From assembly GCF_009914755.1 (NCBI RefSeq), contig NC_060934.1: a stretch of DNA of 64,000 bases; one strand, given 5' to 3'. Below are positions 40,500 to 54,597 of this stretch, in pieces; position 1 is the stretch's first letter, and every line of letters starts with the position of its first letter. The notes under the pieces are model-generated. The model did no database searches and had not been told where the DNA came from. It worked only from the letters and a program-made list of their open reading frames with translations. The translations under genes were made by a program, and so were the position numbers. This stretch comes from the human T2T-CHM13v2.0 reference genome, Homo sapiens.

Positions 40500-41744
40500 T
40501 CAGTTGTTTCTTTATCTTAAAGCCGGCAGCATTAGAGACTTTTTACTAAACTGTTAATGTGACATTTCTGATGTCAGATGTATTCTGTTTCAATAGCTGT
40601 TCTTTAAAATCAGGCTTTACAAGCAGACTATTATACTACAGGTGATTGTCCAACAGAAATTTTGGGTACGATGCTTTTCCTTTTGGACCAAATTCTAAAA
40701 GCAGTTGAGCTGCAAGGGTGCATTGTATAAATGGTCTAGACAATGCAACCAGTGGCTGAAGACCCACATAATTACTGTATAAACACTAATTTGTATGCTC
40801 TTTTGGGTTTATTTCAAAATTAATTACTTAGCTTTTTTAAAAAGCTAGCTCCAATTTCTAGGAGATGCACCATAGACACAAGACTACAGTCACCAGCTAC
40901 AGTTACCAGCTGAACAACATAAATAAAAAGAACAGGAGAATATTTTAGAATTCATTGTTCATTTGACCTTTATTTTGTTAGTTAAAATGATCATGTTTTT
41001 GAGTCTCTTCTTAATTGCTCTTTGAAATCTCTGTGCTTTTTGTAGGTGCAAGAGTCTTACTTTCAAATTTGAGCTAATCCTTAAAATGATGTCAATTGAA
41101 ACATCCCTTTGCTGGCAGCTAAGAGATGTGAGAGCCAGTTCTTAAACTGGTTCTTTGATCCTAAGTGATTACCTGGATTTCAGTTTTCTCGTTTCAAAAA
41201 TGTTCTTAGAATATCAAGTTCTAATATTCTAAGCTTTCCTGGTATTGATGTACATTCTAAGGACACAAAGAGAACCACATATATGTATGTATATATGTAC
41301 CTATCCATCTAAATAAATGTGTGGGTATGTATGCATAGATAGATGAAAGTATTAATATGTACATTCTCTTAACATTTCAGATATGACTTTAAAAGCTGTT
41401 AAGAGAGGCCAACATTTAAATACCATTTCCCTATGTCATTCATCTTATAATTATTCACATTTGCCTTTTGTGACTTTGGAGTGTCAATAACTTATTGTTT
41501 TACTCTGTGTATTTTAGGTTGATCAACAAAGTAACAACTTGGATCTCTAAAGGGATATAGTAATAATTTTGCTATATAGAAAACTTATCGTGGGGTTTAA
41601 CCAGAACCTATGAAAATTACTCTTCCAAGACAATAATAATAAACAAAAAAAAATAATGAATCAGGGAGGGAGAGAGGAAGATAGGGAGGAAAGAAGGGAG
41701 ATACGGTTTAGGCTGCATGGGACGCTTTCTTATGCCAGGGACTA

Positions 41745-41832
41745 CTACTGTTCTTATTCCCCACAGTACTTGGTGCCTTGCACTGTGCCTGGCATGCAAT
41801 AGGCAGTCAATAAGTATTTGCTAACTGAATGA
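41745..41832 (+). mobile_element. L2 3' terminus
   Basis: cactgtgcctggcatgcaataggcagtcaataagtatttgctaactgaatga. Confidence 0.8.
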
Positions 41833-43486
41833 CAGTTTCAGAGTGGCTGACTGAAACAGAAGTTTTAGCATTTAAACAATGAATGACTGATTTTCAATTA
41901 TTCTTATCTCTTAATGAATCTTTGACCAGGCATGCAATGCAGCGAAGCACTGGGGGATGAAAGTTTATGACATCTGTGTTGTTTTAAAGGAGTAAAAATT
42001 GTTTTTCTGTCCATTCTCTGCACCTTTACAGCTGTCTTAATCAAGGGTGGCCAGCATATTTAAAATACTGACTGAGTGCCCCTTCAGCATCCGCCCTTCG
42101 AAATGTCATAACCAGAACCATGACTCCTTCTTGGGGTTAGGGATGACTGAATGATGGTAGGAAGTGTGATCATAGACGAGGGCAGAGAGATTAGGGCCTC
42201 TGCCCTGGGATCAACCCTGTGTTTGGGGTCCCCACTCTTTGGTACTCTTTCTTCAATTTCTCTGAACCGCTGAGTTCTGAGTCTTCCCTGCCTTCAACTT
42301 ATATAATTGTCTAACTCCTCAAGCTGTTTTTGTCTCCCTAGATTTTCAACTGGTGGTCTGCTGTGATGCAGAGGAACTGCTTCATTCTTTCAATCCCTCA
42401 GACCTGGACTTCTCATTCACCATCTGTTCTGATCTTGGCGACCTGCCTGAGACTTTGAGCCACATTTGAATCCTTGGCTGTTCTCTTCTGCTGCCTACAC
42501 CCTGGCCTGACCCAGAGAACTTCATAAGGACACAGACAAACATAGGAGAAATAGTTACAGGACATGGCACATAAAGGGAAGGCCTATGTGAATTAGAGAG
42601 GTGAGGGATGATTTCCCAGAGGAGGTGGGACATGAAGGGTAGATTAACTCAGTTTTTCCTCTTCCTGTTGGTAGTAAGTGTTGCATGAACCCACATGTAA
42701 TAAAATGGAATGTCTTTAGCATGCTATAATATATTAAGGCTCTTTATTCTTTTACAGCAAGTTTTCTAGTTTCCATACATTCTAAGATTTCTCTATTTTC
42801 CTTATATGCTATAAGCGCTTTATGGCCTGAATTGGTTGGGCATAGGTTCCTGTGTTCTCCACCCTCCTCCTCCACCCTTGTTTATACACATCTGTGCTTG
42901 CTTATTTCCCATCTTCTCAGATCATAGTTCATGGTCTGAAACAATCATCTCAGAGTTGGCTTTCCTCTTGGGGATCAACTGATTCAGCCATGTCTGCCAT
43001 ATTTTGTGCAGCCATCCTCACTACATCCTGAACAGGCTTCTCCAAGTGGTGAGGTCCAACGTGGGTCTTGTCCAGGGCAGACGGAAGCCCCCAGGGCCAA
43101 GTGACAGGCTTGTTCTGGCTCTGCCTGGCTCAACTCAGGGATTGGAAGGGGAGGCACAGAATTGTGCCAGGAGCTTTCTCTATGGGCTCCTCTGCTTAGA
43201 CCCAGCTGGCTTGGCTTAGCAACAGTGACATCGAGGGGGCAGGATTCACATTCCCTTTTCAGAGGCTTTGGCAGCCTCTGCAGCTGTAGCGGTGGCTTGC
43301 CAGTCTTCCCACCCACACCAATCTTTAAAGGGGGCTCATCTGTTACCTTCCATTGACTCAGCAGCTCCCTTCTTTGGATGCGCATTGTATAGGGTGTCTA
43401 CCTGCCATGGCAAGTAGGAGAATTTTGGAGAAGTTAAGGAATTACAGCCTGTACTGTACTCTTGGGTCTGAGTCCCAGGGAGTTCT

Positions 43487-43642
43487 CTCTCTTTTTAGTT
43501 TCTTTTTTTTCTGCATGTGTCTTTATCTATTAATTTTAATTAATTTTTTTCATTGACAAATAAAAATTATACATATTTATGGTGTATGATGTGATGTTTA
43601 ATATAAGTTTACATTGTGGATTAATCAAATCAAGTCAATTAA
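43487..43642 (-). mobile_element. Short 5'-truncated L1MA 3' end with a long degenerate tail
   Basis: cattgacaaataaaaattatacatatttatggtgtatgatgtgatgttt; TSD cccagggagttct / cctagagagttct (11/13). Confidence 0.8.
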
Positions 43643-44369
43643 CCTAGAGAGTTCTACAGGATGAAATATACTTCTTGCTTAAGAAAAGGATGTTTTGATT
43701 TTTTCCCCTTTATTAAAGAAACCAAATGCAGGGATTAGAAGGCAAAGAGGTAAAACAGCTGAGCTATGCTCCTGGGGAGCCTGTGCTAGCTCCATTGTCA
43801 AGAGAGAATATGTTTTGGTTGCTTCTGTCATCAGAGAAGCTCAGTCGAAGCTACTCTCAATCTTCAAAATTAGCAGCAATGTAGTTATGTGTAGGAAAAC
43901 ATCCTAGACCAGGAAAGAGGAGCCCAGCTATTGCTGTGAGCCTTTGGGTGAAACACTATCTTGGGTCCAGTTTCCTCACTTGTGTGTAAAACGAGGTCTG
44001 AGATCTTGACTCTGGCTTCAATGTACTTTTGAGAACATGCCATCCCTTGATTTGTATACCTGTTGGCATTATCTACTGTGGCGTCTTCAGCTTGGGGTGC
44101 CCCATAGGCTCTTCTTCTATACCTTTGTCTCCAACTCATTATGATGAAAGAGTTTATTTAAACCACAGCACAGAGATATACACCCATGGGGTACCTAGGA
44201 GTAGCACAAGTACGTAAGGCACTTTCTCAACAAAAGAGACAGATTATCTTTATGTTCTTTGTCAGGGCAGCCCCTCTGAAACACTGTGCTTCCTATGCTG
44301 TGTTCCTTGTATTGTTTAAAGAAACATGCACCACGGGACCTTGCTGCCTGGATAACATGGACATCCCTA

Positions 44370-44500
44370 CGGTGGATTTTAGTTTCTTCATCTGTAAAAT
44401 AAGAGAATCCTATCTGCCTTGTAGGTATGAGAATCAAGTGAATTAATATTATGTAAATTATTTAGCACAGCACCTGGCACATGGGAAGTGCTTGCTAAAT
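44370..44500 (+). mobile_element. MIR SINE
   Basis: agtttcttcatctgtaaaataagagaat...tttagcacagcacctggcacatgggaagtgct. Confidence 0.8.
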
Positions 44501-46297
44501 ATCTAAGTACCCATGAAATGTTGGTAGATACACTACTTAAAAAAATAAATTAAAAGCCTTAAATAAAAGAAGTTTATTTGGAAAATCTGGGTTGATCAAA
44601 GTCAGACACATCTTTTTCTTTAGTATTTAGAATATTTAATGCCATCCCATGCGGGGGAATTTTGAAACTTCATCAGAGACTATGGAGGGCCTAGAGTATT
44701 GTTTGGAATTTTCCACACCTACTTGACTGTGGAGTTGCTTTTGTGGAACACCTAATATGGTCTCAGGGACCCTGAATGCGTTCATGGAACATAGTTTTGG
44801 GAACATGGCTCCAAGAACATGAAATCCTCTTGCTAATTTGTGCAACCTTCATCAAAAGTCTCTTCTGCTGGTTTGGTTCTCAGGGACTGCTTATCCAGAG
44901 GGATATCTGTCACTTTTGTGCTGTCTTCTACTTATACTTTTAGTATTTATAGGAAAGCTGCCATTTGTATTTACACTTTTACTTGAGTAACTACCTGCTA
45001 ACTTTAAAGATTGAGAGTAGTTTAGGTGGTGGTACCCTGTTGAAGGAAGCAGTTTAAAATAAGTGTATATTGACATGGAGTTAGCATGGCTGGCTGCCTT
45101 GGTGAAAGAGCATGGACAACTAACCTACCTCCACTCATTCCTGACATCGAAGTATAGTGCTGGCTTTGTGAATAAGGAGAGGTGATCTTTGTGCTCCTGA
45201 GGTTAATGAGAGCCAGGAGCCTGGAAAATCTGGAAATTCTCCTTACACTCTTCACAGGACCTGCAAACAATCACATCTCTTACCTGTCACCCACAACTTA
45301 ATGGTCAACAGGCCTCTAGAGAGCCGAGTCTGCAGGTGGAAAATGGGAACTGAGAAGAAGGGGAAAGGTGCAGCTAGACCCACAGAGCGAGTGTGTGCCT
45401 GCATGCCTTATTGACTCGCCCGAGAACTGTTTAGAGCTACGGGGATTAGATTAGGAATCAGAATCTCCCAGGATCAAGGACCTGGGTGGTCCTTTGGCTC
45501 CCCACAGAACAGAGTGCGAACACATTAGCCAAGCAGTCAGAACCTTCCCAAACGGGGTCAATTTCACTTCTCTCCCTCACATACCAATGAAACCTTCCTC
45601 TTCACTCATCTGGGACCACTATCCCCACCCCACCACCACCCTGTACATTTCTGCCTCTGAATCTTTGCTTGAATAACTTTGTTTCCATGTCTTCTGTCAA
45701 AATCATACGTATTTTTTAAGAGCAAACTCAAGAAATATCACATATGCTTCCCTGATCCTTCCTCCCATGCCTACCTAGTCTCCCTCCATCGGGACAGCCA
45801 GGTTCCCCTCTCCTATTTACTGTAGTTTCATATGCTGCATTTTGAGTTCATCTTGCTCCACTTTACATTATGAGTTTTGGGGTACACATGATCTCCACTC
45901 AGAAAATAATTTATTTGAGGGCAAGGACTGTGCTGTTTTTATCTATGTCCCTGGCCACATCTTAATGAGTTTGTGCTACAACAAAATTAGCTAAAACCAA
46001 TTATTTAGACACACTGACCCACTACAATGTGGTTTTCTTAGTGTCAAAATTCGACATGCATGTGTCTATTAAGAGCTATTTATTTCGCATTGGTCATCAC
46101 TACTCCTCTTGGCTAATTGTTTTGCAAGCACAGGTGATTTTTCTTATTTTTCTAAGCTTACTAAATATGAAATCACGTCTACATGCCTAATAATGGCATT
46201 CAAGACTCTCACCATCTGGGCTCAATATATCTTTTGGGCATGTGGAAATGGGGTGTAAACTCTCCAAATTCTCTTCAAAGAACAGCTGGGCCTAAAG

Positions 46298-46524
46298 CAG
46301 GATTTCTCAACCTCAGCCTGGTTGACACTTTGTGCTGGAGAAGGCTTTGTTGTGGAGGGGTGTACTCTGCATGACAGGATGTTTAGCAGCAACGCTGTCT
46401 CCACCCACCAGATGCAAGTAGCGTTCCTCACTGTCCCCCCTCATGCTGAGATTGTGATAGCCAAAAATGTCTCCAGATACTGTTAAATGTAGAGAGCAAA
46501 ATTGCTCCTGGTTCAAAAGCACTG
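46298..46524 (+). mobile_element. MER20 hAT-Charlie
   Basis: tttctcaacctcagc...caggatgtttagcagca...ccaaaaatgtctccaga...cactg; TSD gcctaaag / gtctagag. Confidence 0.9.
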
Positions 46525-46769
46525 GTCTAGAGGTCTCCCATATTTTCCTCTGAGTCCTGGGACAAAGTGGCTCAAGCCTCCTTCTCTGATGACTCAGGTG
46601 ATATCTCTCTCATCTTGGGCCAATCACAAATGAATATAGCCAGGGAGAGGCAAGTGCTTTCTGAAAAGCAAGAATAGGTCATGCTTTGTCATTCACTGGT
46701 AGAGTCAGAAGTAAGCCATAATACAAATGACTAAGAGTCAACCAAAGACAATCAGAAAGGTAATTAGAC

Positions 46770-46928
46770 CAGTGATGTTCAAAGTCTTGTTTGTAAACCA
46801 CATCTTCTGGAGAAATGATTAAAAATGGAAATTTTGCGGGTTATTATCTAGGTCTACTGTATTGAAATCTGGATTTTTAACAAACTCCCAAGGGGATTCT
46901 TATGCATCCAAGAGTATGAGAACCACTG
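46770..46928. mobile_element. MER5-family MITE
   Basis: cagtgatgttcaaagt...ttttaacaaactcccaaggggattcttatgca...tgagaaccactg. Confidence 0.75.
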
Positions 46929-48547
46929 TATTCAATAGCAATGCTTATTTACTTATCTTCAAAAATTGTTTATTTTGAAATAACCAGGGGCAGAATACTA
47001 AATAGTACAAAAAGAGGAACTAGGCTTTCATATAATAAAAAGTACTGTATCTTAACTTTGTTTTCTTTTTTAGCTTAAGTGCTTCCTAAAGACTAACACA
47101 ATCCATATGTTCATGGAAAACAAAAATCCCCACCAGAATATGAGGTTGGTCAGGCATACTCGAGTGAGTCTGTCAAGCCCTAAGACCTGGTGGGTGTTGG
47201 ATCCAAATTCCCTCTTCAACACAGTGTAAGCATCCAATGCATTCATCATCCCCTTTTCAAAATGCTTGGTCTGTGCTGCTTCTTTTTCCTGACCCTGAAT
47301 GAGATATTTTTGAGACTTAAAAGGAAAAGTAAAAAGGAAAGCCAGCTTAGATAAGGTGCTCTTTGGCAAAAGAATAGGATAAAATGCATTGTAATTGCTT
47401 CTAAATTAGTTACCTTATCTGATTTGGGTCTGTCTTTTTATAAGCAAAGCTCAAAACACTTAACCCCTAGTTGTCCAGTTGTAGTGCAACTAAAGCCACT
47501 AAAGCTCTGAACCTAGTGAGTGGATAGACAATACTGCTTTTTGTGCAGAGAACATAATTTCACACCCCCCTCCTTTGCTACCCTCCATTGCCTGGCAACA
47601 ATGCTGGGCACACCATGGGAGATCTGTAACTACTTGCTGAATGGAAGGAAGGGCTGAACAACCCTGTAGACCCTGTAGTTTGGGGTAAGAAGACATCTGG
47701 ATGCTGACCTGTACACCAAGCTACATGAAGAATTTCCCCATAGTTCATTAGAGAGTGGGAGCAAGAGGGTACCCAGATGCCACACAGACCCCAAGAAAGA
47801 GCTCATCAAGTTTCCTTGCCTCTTGGGAACTGAAATAGTTAGCACTGTGGAGCTTGCCTAAATAGAATAGAAAAGAAAATGATACCAGGGAGATTTCTGC
47901 TGAAAAGACAGACCTATCCAGTTTTTCATTGGAACCATCTCCCTGATTCAAAAACAGCCCCATCATTAGAACTGCTGGACCAACTCAACAAAATGTAAAT
48001 ACAGCTCTATCCAGTAATGTGACATTGCTAGAGGCATTCCCTGGCTTTCTGTAATAAAATATGACCTGAGTCCTTTCCAATTTATGTTTCTAGGGTCTTT
48101 TGTCTTTTTGTTTAATTAGGATACTTGTTCCTATTTGTCATGCAGTTAGGATGGCGTCTGTGTTTACAGATTACAGAGGTGTAGATAAAATGGGGACTCT
48201 GAGACCCAAGTGCAAAGGTTTGCATTTTTCACAGAAATTTTCCAAATGCTACTTTTATAGATGGTTGAAATTTGAGACTTGAGGGATCTCTCTTTTTAGT
48301 CAGGCTTGCCTAATATTTTGGCATCCTACAATTTCGTATACTTTGTAAGGAAAAAGAAGAGGAAAGTGGGAGGGTGGGAGGGTTTGTCTTTAATTGTCTT
48401 CTTTGTTAGAGAAATGAGATGTGGTGTTTTATTCATAGGCAAAGCCCTTTCTGGCAAATCGTTTGAAAGTCAGTGGGATTGTATAGATCCTCTCTATCTA
48501 TTCTATTCCCTCTACATTAGCCATTCCTTTCCAAATCAGAAAATGTC

Positions 48548-48976
48548 TTTGGTAGATGGAATTATTGACCTCATGCTTCAGCTGTTTTTGGGTCCACACC
48601 CTTTGCCATGTGATATTGCAGTCCCTCCCACAAAAGGCAGAGTCAATTTTTCCACTGGCTGTGACTTGCTTTGGTCAATGCAGTGTGGATGGCTGTGACC
48701 ATGTACCAGTTCTGCACTTGGACTATAAGAGGCATCATTTCTCTCTCAGTTATCTGCTTCCCCTCAGCTTGAAGCCTAGAGGAATACATAAAGAACCCAT
48801 AGCATGGGGCTAGGTGTAGCCAGACTTATAGCTTGAGGTAGAGCCACCTAGCTGAGCCCAGTTTAGACGAGACAATGCCCGGGTGACCTGCAGACCCGTG
48901 GGCAAGAATAAGTGGTTATTGTTTTAATTAATCCACTGAAGTATTACTTGTTACTCAGTAATAGCCAATTGATAAA
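48548..48976 (+). mobile_element. MLT1H-like LTR
   Basis: ccacaccctttgccatgtgatattgcagtccctccc...gtgacttgctttggtcaatg...aataagtggttattgttttaa. Confidence 0.75.
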
Positions 48977-49752
48977 ATACCCTCAATCCCCTCGTCTCTC
49001 CAGTTTATATATTAATTCTCAGCCCAATATGTTTTGGGGCAAATGGAGAATTTTTCTAGCCCTTTCCAAATGCTGCAAGAGCTAATTCTATACATTGGAT
49101 ACAGTGACATGTTGCTAGACATCAGCTCCTCCTTCTAATTAATAATGATTCTGGGAGATGGACCACATCTTCCAATCTTTTTGTCCATGGCATTGAGCTT
49201 GTACAGGAGATGAAAGTGCATGCGTGACTTTGGGATCCAATCTTGGAAATAAGTAAAGCTTCTGCCACTTAATAGCTATGTAACTTTGGCAAGGCCATTT
49301 TGTTTTTCTGAATCTCAGTTTCTCCATCTGTTGAGGTAGTTGGGAAAGAGTTGGTAGAGAGAATAAAGTGTTCAGCACATAGTAAGTGTTAAATAAATAA
49401 TTGGCAGCTGTTAGTATGTTTGTGTAATAAATAAATAAAGACTGTTTTCTTTTAGCATTGGTGACCTGCTCTTCTTTGTAAGGTCCTTACCTCTTCTTTC
49501 CTGCCCAATATGGCACCTTCCTGGGGCACTTCCTGGGGCCCGGCTGTTGGGTCTGCTATTGCATGTCAGCAGTGTATCTTCCTTCCCTATTCCCTACTCA
49601 GTAGCTCCTGTCATGGTAGGTGTCAAGCAGTGGTTAGATGGTGCTCTGCAATTCTAACAACAACCACCGCAATTCGAATAATAAGAGATAATTATTGAGT
49701 TCTAACTAGATTCAAACACTACCTGGATGATGTAATTTTTAAAGAAACCCAA

Positions 49753-50138
49753 TGACATGGATTGAATTGTTTCCCCCTCAAATTCATGTTAAAACCCTAA
49801 CCCCCAATGTGACTATATTTTGAGACAGGGTCTTTAAGAGTAATTAAGGTTAAATGAGTTCCAAGGGTGGGGCCCTAATTCGATAAGATTGGTGGCCTCA
49901 TTAAAGGACGAGGAGATAGGAGTTTGCTCTTGCTAAATTTGCACAGAGGAAAGGCCGTGTGTAGGCATAGTGAGAAGGCGGCTATCTACAAGCCAAGGAG
50001 AGGGTCTTCACCAGAAACTCACCATACTGGCACTCTGATCTTTACTTCTAGACTCCAGAAATGTGAGTAAGTAAGTTTCCATTGTTTAAACCACTTAGTC
50101 TGTGGTATTTTGCTAACAAAGCCCAAATGACTATAAAA
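49753..50138 (+). mobile_element. MLT1A0-like LTR interrupting a MIR (-)
   Basis: tgaattgtttccccctcaaattcatgttaaaaccctaacccccaatgtgact...gtttaaaccacttagtctgtggtattttg. Confidence 0.85.
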
Positions 50139-50641
50139 CAACCCCTGTGGTGAATACTATCATCTCCATTTTCCAGCAAGAAAACTGAAGTTCACAGGGA
50201 GGAAGTGATTGACTCTTGATCCCACCTCTAGCAGATGTTGAACCCAGCATTCCCAGGCCAGCAGCCCCACCCCAGGCCCTGTGCTTTTCATCACTCTGCT
50301 CTCCTGGGTAGTGAGTTGCTCTGACCACCTTAGTCATTGCAGGCAGCTTTCAGGCCTGGGCAGAATCCATACAGCCACCAGCGTGTAGAGACCTGATGCC
50401 AAGAGAGCAGAGCATAGGCTCGTGCATTTCAGAGGTGGAGAGAGGCAAGCATGTGGCCTGTGAGCAGGGTTTCTTTTGATCAGGGTAGACCTTTTGGGAG
50501 CAGCCCAACGTTATTAGAGGGAAGGCTACCTAGGAAAAAGAAACCTAAAACAATACATTGCTTTGGTGTTTTGGTAGCAATAAATTCTTTATTGTGTAAA
50601 TAGTTTCATACGATGCATATTTTATCAAGTTTTATGCCTGA

Positions 50642-51014
50642 TGATATGGTTTGGATTTGTGTCTCTGCCCAAATCTCACGTTGAATTGTAATCCCCAATG
50701 TTGGAGGAGGGGCCTGATGGGAGGTGATTGGATCATGGTGATTGGATCATGGATCACTCTTCTCATGATAGTGACTGAGTTCTCATGAGATCTGGTTGTT
50801 TAATAGTGTGTAGCACCTCCCCCTTCTCTTTCTTCCTCCTGCTCCAGCCATGTAGCATGCCTGCTTCCCCTTCCCCTTCCACCATGATTCTAAGTTTTCT
50901 GAGGCCTCCCCAGCCATGCTTCCAGTGTAGCCTGTGAGCCAATTAAACCTCTTTGCTTCATAAATAACCCAGTGTCAAGTAGCTCTTATAGCAGTGCAAG
51001 AACAAACCAATACA
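50642..51014 (+). mobile_element. MSTA-like LTR
   Basis: TGATATGGTTTGGATTTGTGTC...ttgtaatccccaatgttggagg...aaccaataca. Confidence 0.9.
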
Positions 51015-51476
51015 CCTTGCATAAGGAACACAGCTGGTTGTATGATATTATTAATACTAATAAAAGTGTAACAAGGCATTTTTGAAGTATCTCTCATTTT
51101 CTCCTCCTCAGTGATGTCAGCCTCTCTCCCTGCACTCATTCCACCATTTTGGCCCCAGCAAAGACTCCAGAGCAAACAACACCTCGGAAAGGAGAAGGAG
51201 GAAATGAAGTTGGGGAAATTGGTGTCCTACAGGAAAGGGTAGGAAATCCCACTGTTTCTGCCCCCAGTGAAAGGTGAGGAGAAGAGAAGTGGTTAGGGGT
51301 TCATGCCCTTATGTCCCCACGTCCTCCAATCTCAGAGTGGAAGCCTGAACTAGTGGGAGAGGGAGACACTGCTGTGCGGTGGAAACATCTAGATAGATTT
51401 AAGAAGAGTTGAGAATCTGAAATCTAGAGGCTGCCTTCTTTGGGTGTGGCCTGGGGGGTCCTGTGTACCTCTACAT

Positions 51477-51665
51477 CAGATATTTGTCAACCTCAGCACC
51501 ATTGACATTTTGGCCCAGATAATTCTTTGTTGTTGGCCGTCTGTCCCAAGCACTGTAGGATGTTTAGCAGCAACTCTGGCCAGTAGTACCTCCCAGTTGT
51601 AACAACCAAAAATGTCTCCCGATATTGCCAAATGTCTCCTGGAAGCAAAATTGTGCATCCCACCC
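51477..51665 (+). mobile_element. MER20
   Basis: tcaacctcagcaccattgacattttggcccagataattctttgttg...aaccaaaaatgtctcc. Confidence 0.88.
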
Positions 51666-51991
51666 CATGATGGTACTCAGAGGTGCTGGGAAGGCCAGCG
51701 GTACTGCAGAGGTCTGGAGCAAGTGACTGGATCCATGATTGTCAGTGTCATCAATGCCAGTGCAGGACGAAGACACACTCACTGCAGAGAAAAGCAAGAA
51801 CCAGAGGTGGGCCTATGGGTCCCTGGCCTTCACCTCCCATATAGACCCTCTGACTCCATTTTTGGTGAGAAGTAGAGGGAAGGGAAAACATCTAGATGAC
51901 CTAAACAAGACGAAGTCATTCCCCCAAAAAAGCGTTCAAGCCAGAGAGATTGAGGTCACTTAAGTTGACATATTTAAAATCTTCCCTTCCC

Positions 51992-52286
<295 letters not shown>

Positions 52287-53384
52287 AAACTCTTCCCTTC
52301 CCAACTACCCACAGAGGTGAGGGACTCCTGAAGAATATTACATCCACAATGGCAAAATTAGAAAACTACATTTTCTTTGCACATCTGAAAAGCAGTGTGA
52401 ATCCATGATGTGGTAAAGGTAGTAATAACAATAGCAGCTACCATGTATCACATGCTTACTGCACACTTAGTACTTTGCAGGGATTGTCTCCTTTAACCCT
52501 TTAACCAGCAGTCCTAGGAAGTAGATGTTTCTATTGTGGTCTTTTCCTTACCTATGAGGTCCAAGTGATGGAAAGTGATGAGGCATAGATACACACCCAG
52601 TCTAGGTGATTCCAGAGCCCAGATGCCTCATGACTCTACCACATTGCTTTCTTACTGCTGTAGTGCTTTGTATCTATGTCTGTCTCCAATTCATTCATTT
52701 ATTCCTTTGTGGTACTTGTAGAACAAATCGTGCCATTCCATTTATTCTCCATAGCAATGTTTAAAGAGAGCTTTTCCAGCATTTAATTCCTATTGAGCAG
52801 GGATTTCTTTCTCTGCAGAGAGCTCAAATACTCTCAAGAACTGAGAAGGAACTAAAGGGACATTTGTTGTAGTAGATTATTCACGGTAAAGAATTTGCTG
52901 CACCCACAGCAACAAAGAACTGTTTGTGTGTAGACTGCAAGGGTCACTCTGAATACCATAAGCAGAGCATTGAACAATGAACTTATCTCCTGGTCCCGGG
53001 AAGTGGTCCACAGTAACAATGCTTTGTAGATAGAGCTACTGGCTACTCTTAGGCTTCCAGTGCCACTCTTTTTCTGAAACAGCCAAGGACTTAGCATTTT
53101 CAAAGATAAAAGTCAATTCCATTAAAATGAATCCTTTTTTTTTTTTTTTAACAACTAATAGTTTCTATTTAAAAATAGCTTTTGGTCTATTTACAGTGTC
53201 TTCATGTCCCTGACCTTTCTTAGCAATCAGCTTCTTGTCTGGGTATGGAGAGCAGAGGCCATAGACCAGTCATTGGATATTGAAAAGTTTGGTTGCTTTA
53301 AGATGGTTGCATCTTTAAAATTACTGGTGTTGGTAGATTTAATTATGTTCGAAGATAATTTCTCTTTTCTATTTAAACACTGAC

Positions 53385-53900
53385 TATGGCAAATTAGAAA
53401 TGGCTGGAAATTTTCTGACATTCCTTCCATGGACCAGTGGGTTTTAGTTCTTCTCTATTTGAACCCATGTTGGCTTGTGACATTTTGATGAACAGAAGAG
53501 AGTGAAAGTGATGCATGCCAACCCTGGGCCTAGGCTTTAAAAGGACTGGCAGCTTCCACTTTGTTCTGTTGGAACACTGAGGTTCCATGGTAAAAGTCTG
53601 ACTACCCTGAGGCTGTTGTGCTGTGAGAGGCACAAGCCACATACAGGGGCTCCAGCAGATAAATTGTCATGGTGGGGGTGAAAAGAAGTTGAAGAATCAG
53701 ATAGGTGAGCACAGAAGCCATCCAGAATCTCAGAAATGGATCCTCCAGTCCCAGGTGCTACAGTTGACACCAAGGAGCAGAGAGGTGAATCCCCTCGCTG
53801 AACCCTTCTTAGATTCTTGACCCACAAAATTGTGAGCCAAAAAAAAAAAGGTTGCTCTAAGTTTTGGGGTAGTTTATTACACAGTAACAGATAACCAACT
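53385..53900 (+). mobile_element. MLT1G-like LTR
   Basis: gggcctaggctttaaaaggactggcagcttccac...ttcttgacccacaaaattgtgagc...ttttggggtagtttattacacagtaacagataac. Confidence 0.8.
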
Positions 53901-54114
53901 TTTCAATTTCTAAAGATTGTTACAGCAGATCCTAAGAAACTTCTCAGGTATCCAGAGATGTGAAAACACCAGGACTAACAGCTACTTGTCTTACAGCTAG
54001 GGCATTAACCATTATTTTAACAGCTTTGTGACTATCAGATAACGCCATTTTTTGATCTTCCAATTTCTTAAGAAGATATTTATTACTGCCACTAAGTTCA
54101 GAATTGTGTTTTTA

Positions 54115-54597
54115 CATGCTACTATAAAGACACATGCACACGTATGTTTATTGCAGCACTATTCACAATAGCAAAGACTTGGAACCAACCCAAATGTCCA
54201 TCAACGATAGATTGGATTAAGAAAATGTGGCACATATACACCATGGAATACTATGCAGCCATAAAAAATGATGAGTTCATGTCCTTTGTAGGGACATGAA
54301 TGAAGCTGGAAACCATCATTCTCAGCAAACTATCGCAAGGACAAAAAACCAAGCACCGCATGTTCGCACTCATAGGTGGGAATTGAACAATGAGAACACA
54401 TGGACACAGGAAGGGGAACATCACACACCGGGGCCTGATGTGGGGTGGGGGGAGGGGGGAGGGATAGCATTAGGAGATATACCTAATGTTAAATGAAGAG
54501 TTAGTGGGTGCAGCACACCAACATGGCACACGCATACATATGTAACAAACCTGCACGTTGTGCACATGTACCCTAAAACTTAAAGTATAAAAAAAAA
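54115..54597 (+). mobile_element. 5'-truncated L1PA (L1PA3/4-like) 3' end
   Basis: ORF2 C-terminus and 3'UTR (ggaaaccatcattctcagcaaactatcgcaagg...taccctaaaacttaaagtataa); TSD-like gaattgtgttttta / aaaatgtattttta. Confidence 0.93.

Noticed and set aside
54430-54465. G-quadruplex-forming G-run
   Set aside because: It is the standard L1PA 3'UTR polypurine tract, fully explained by the repeat.
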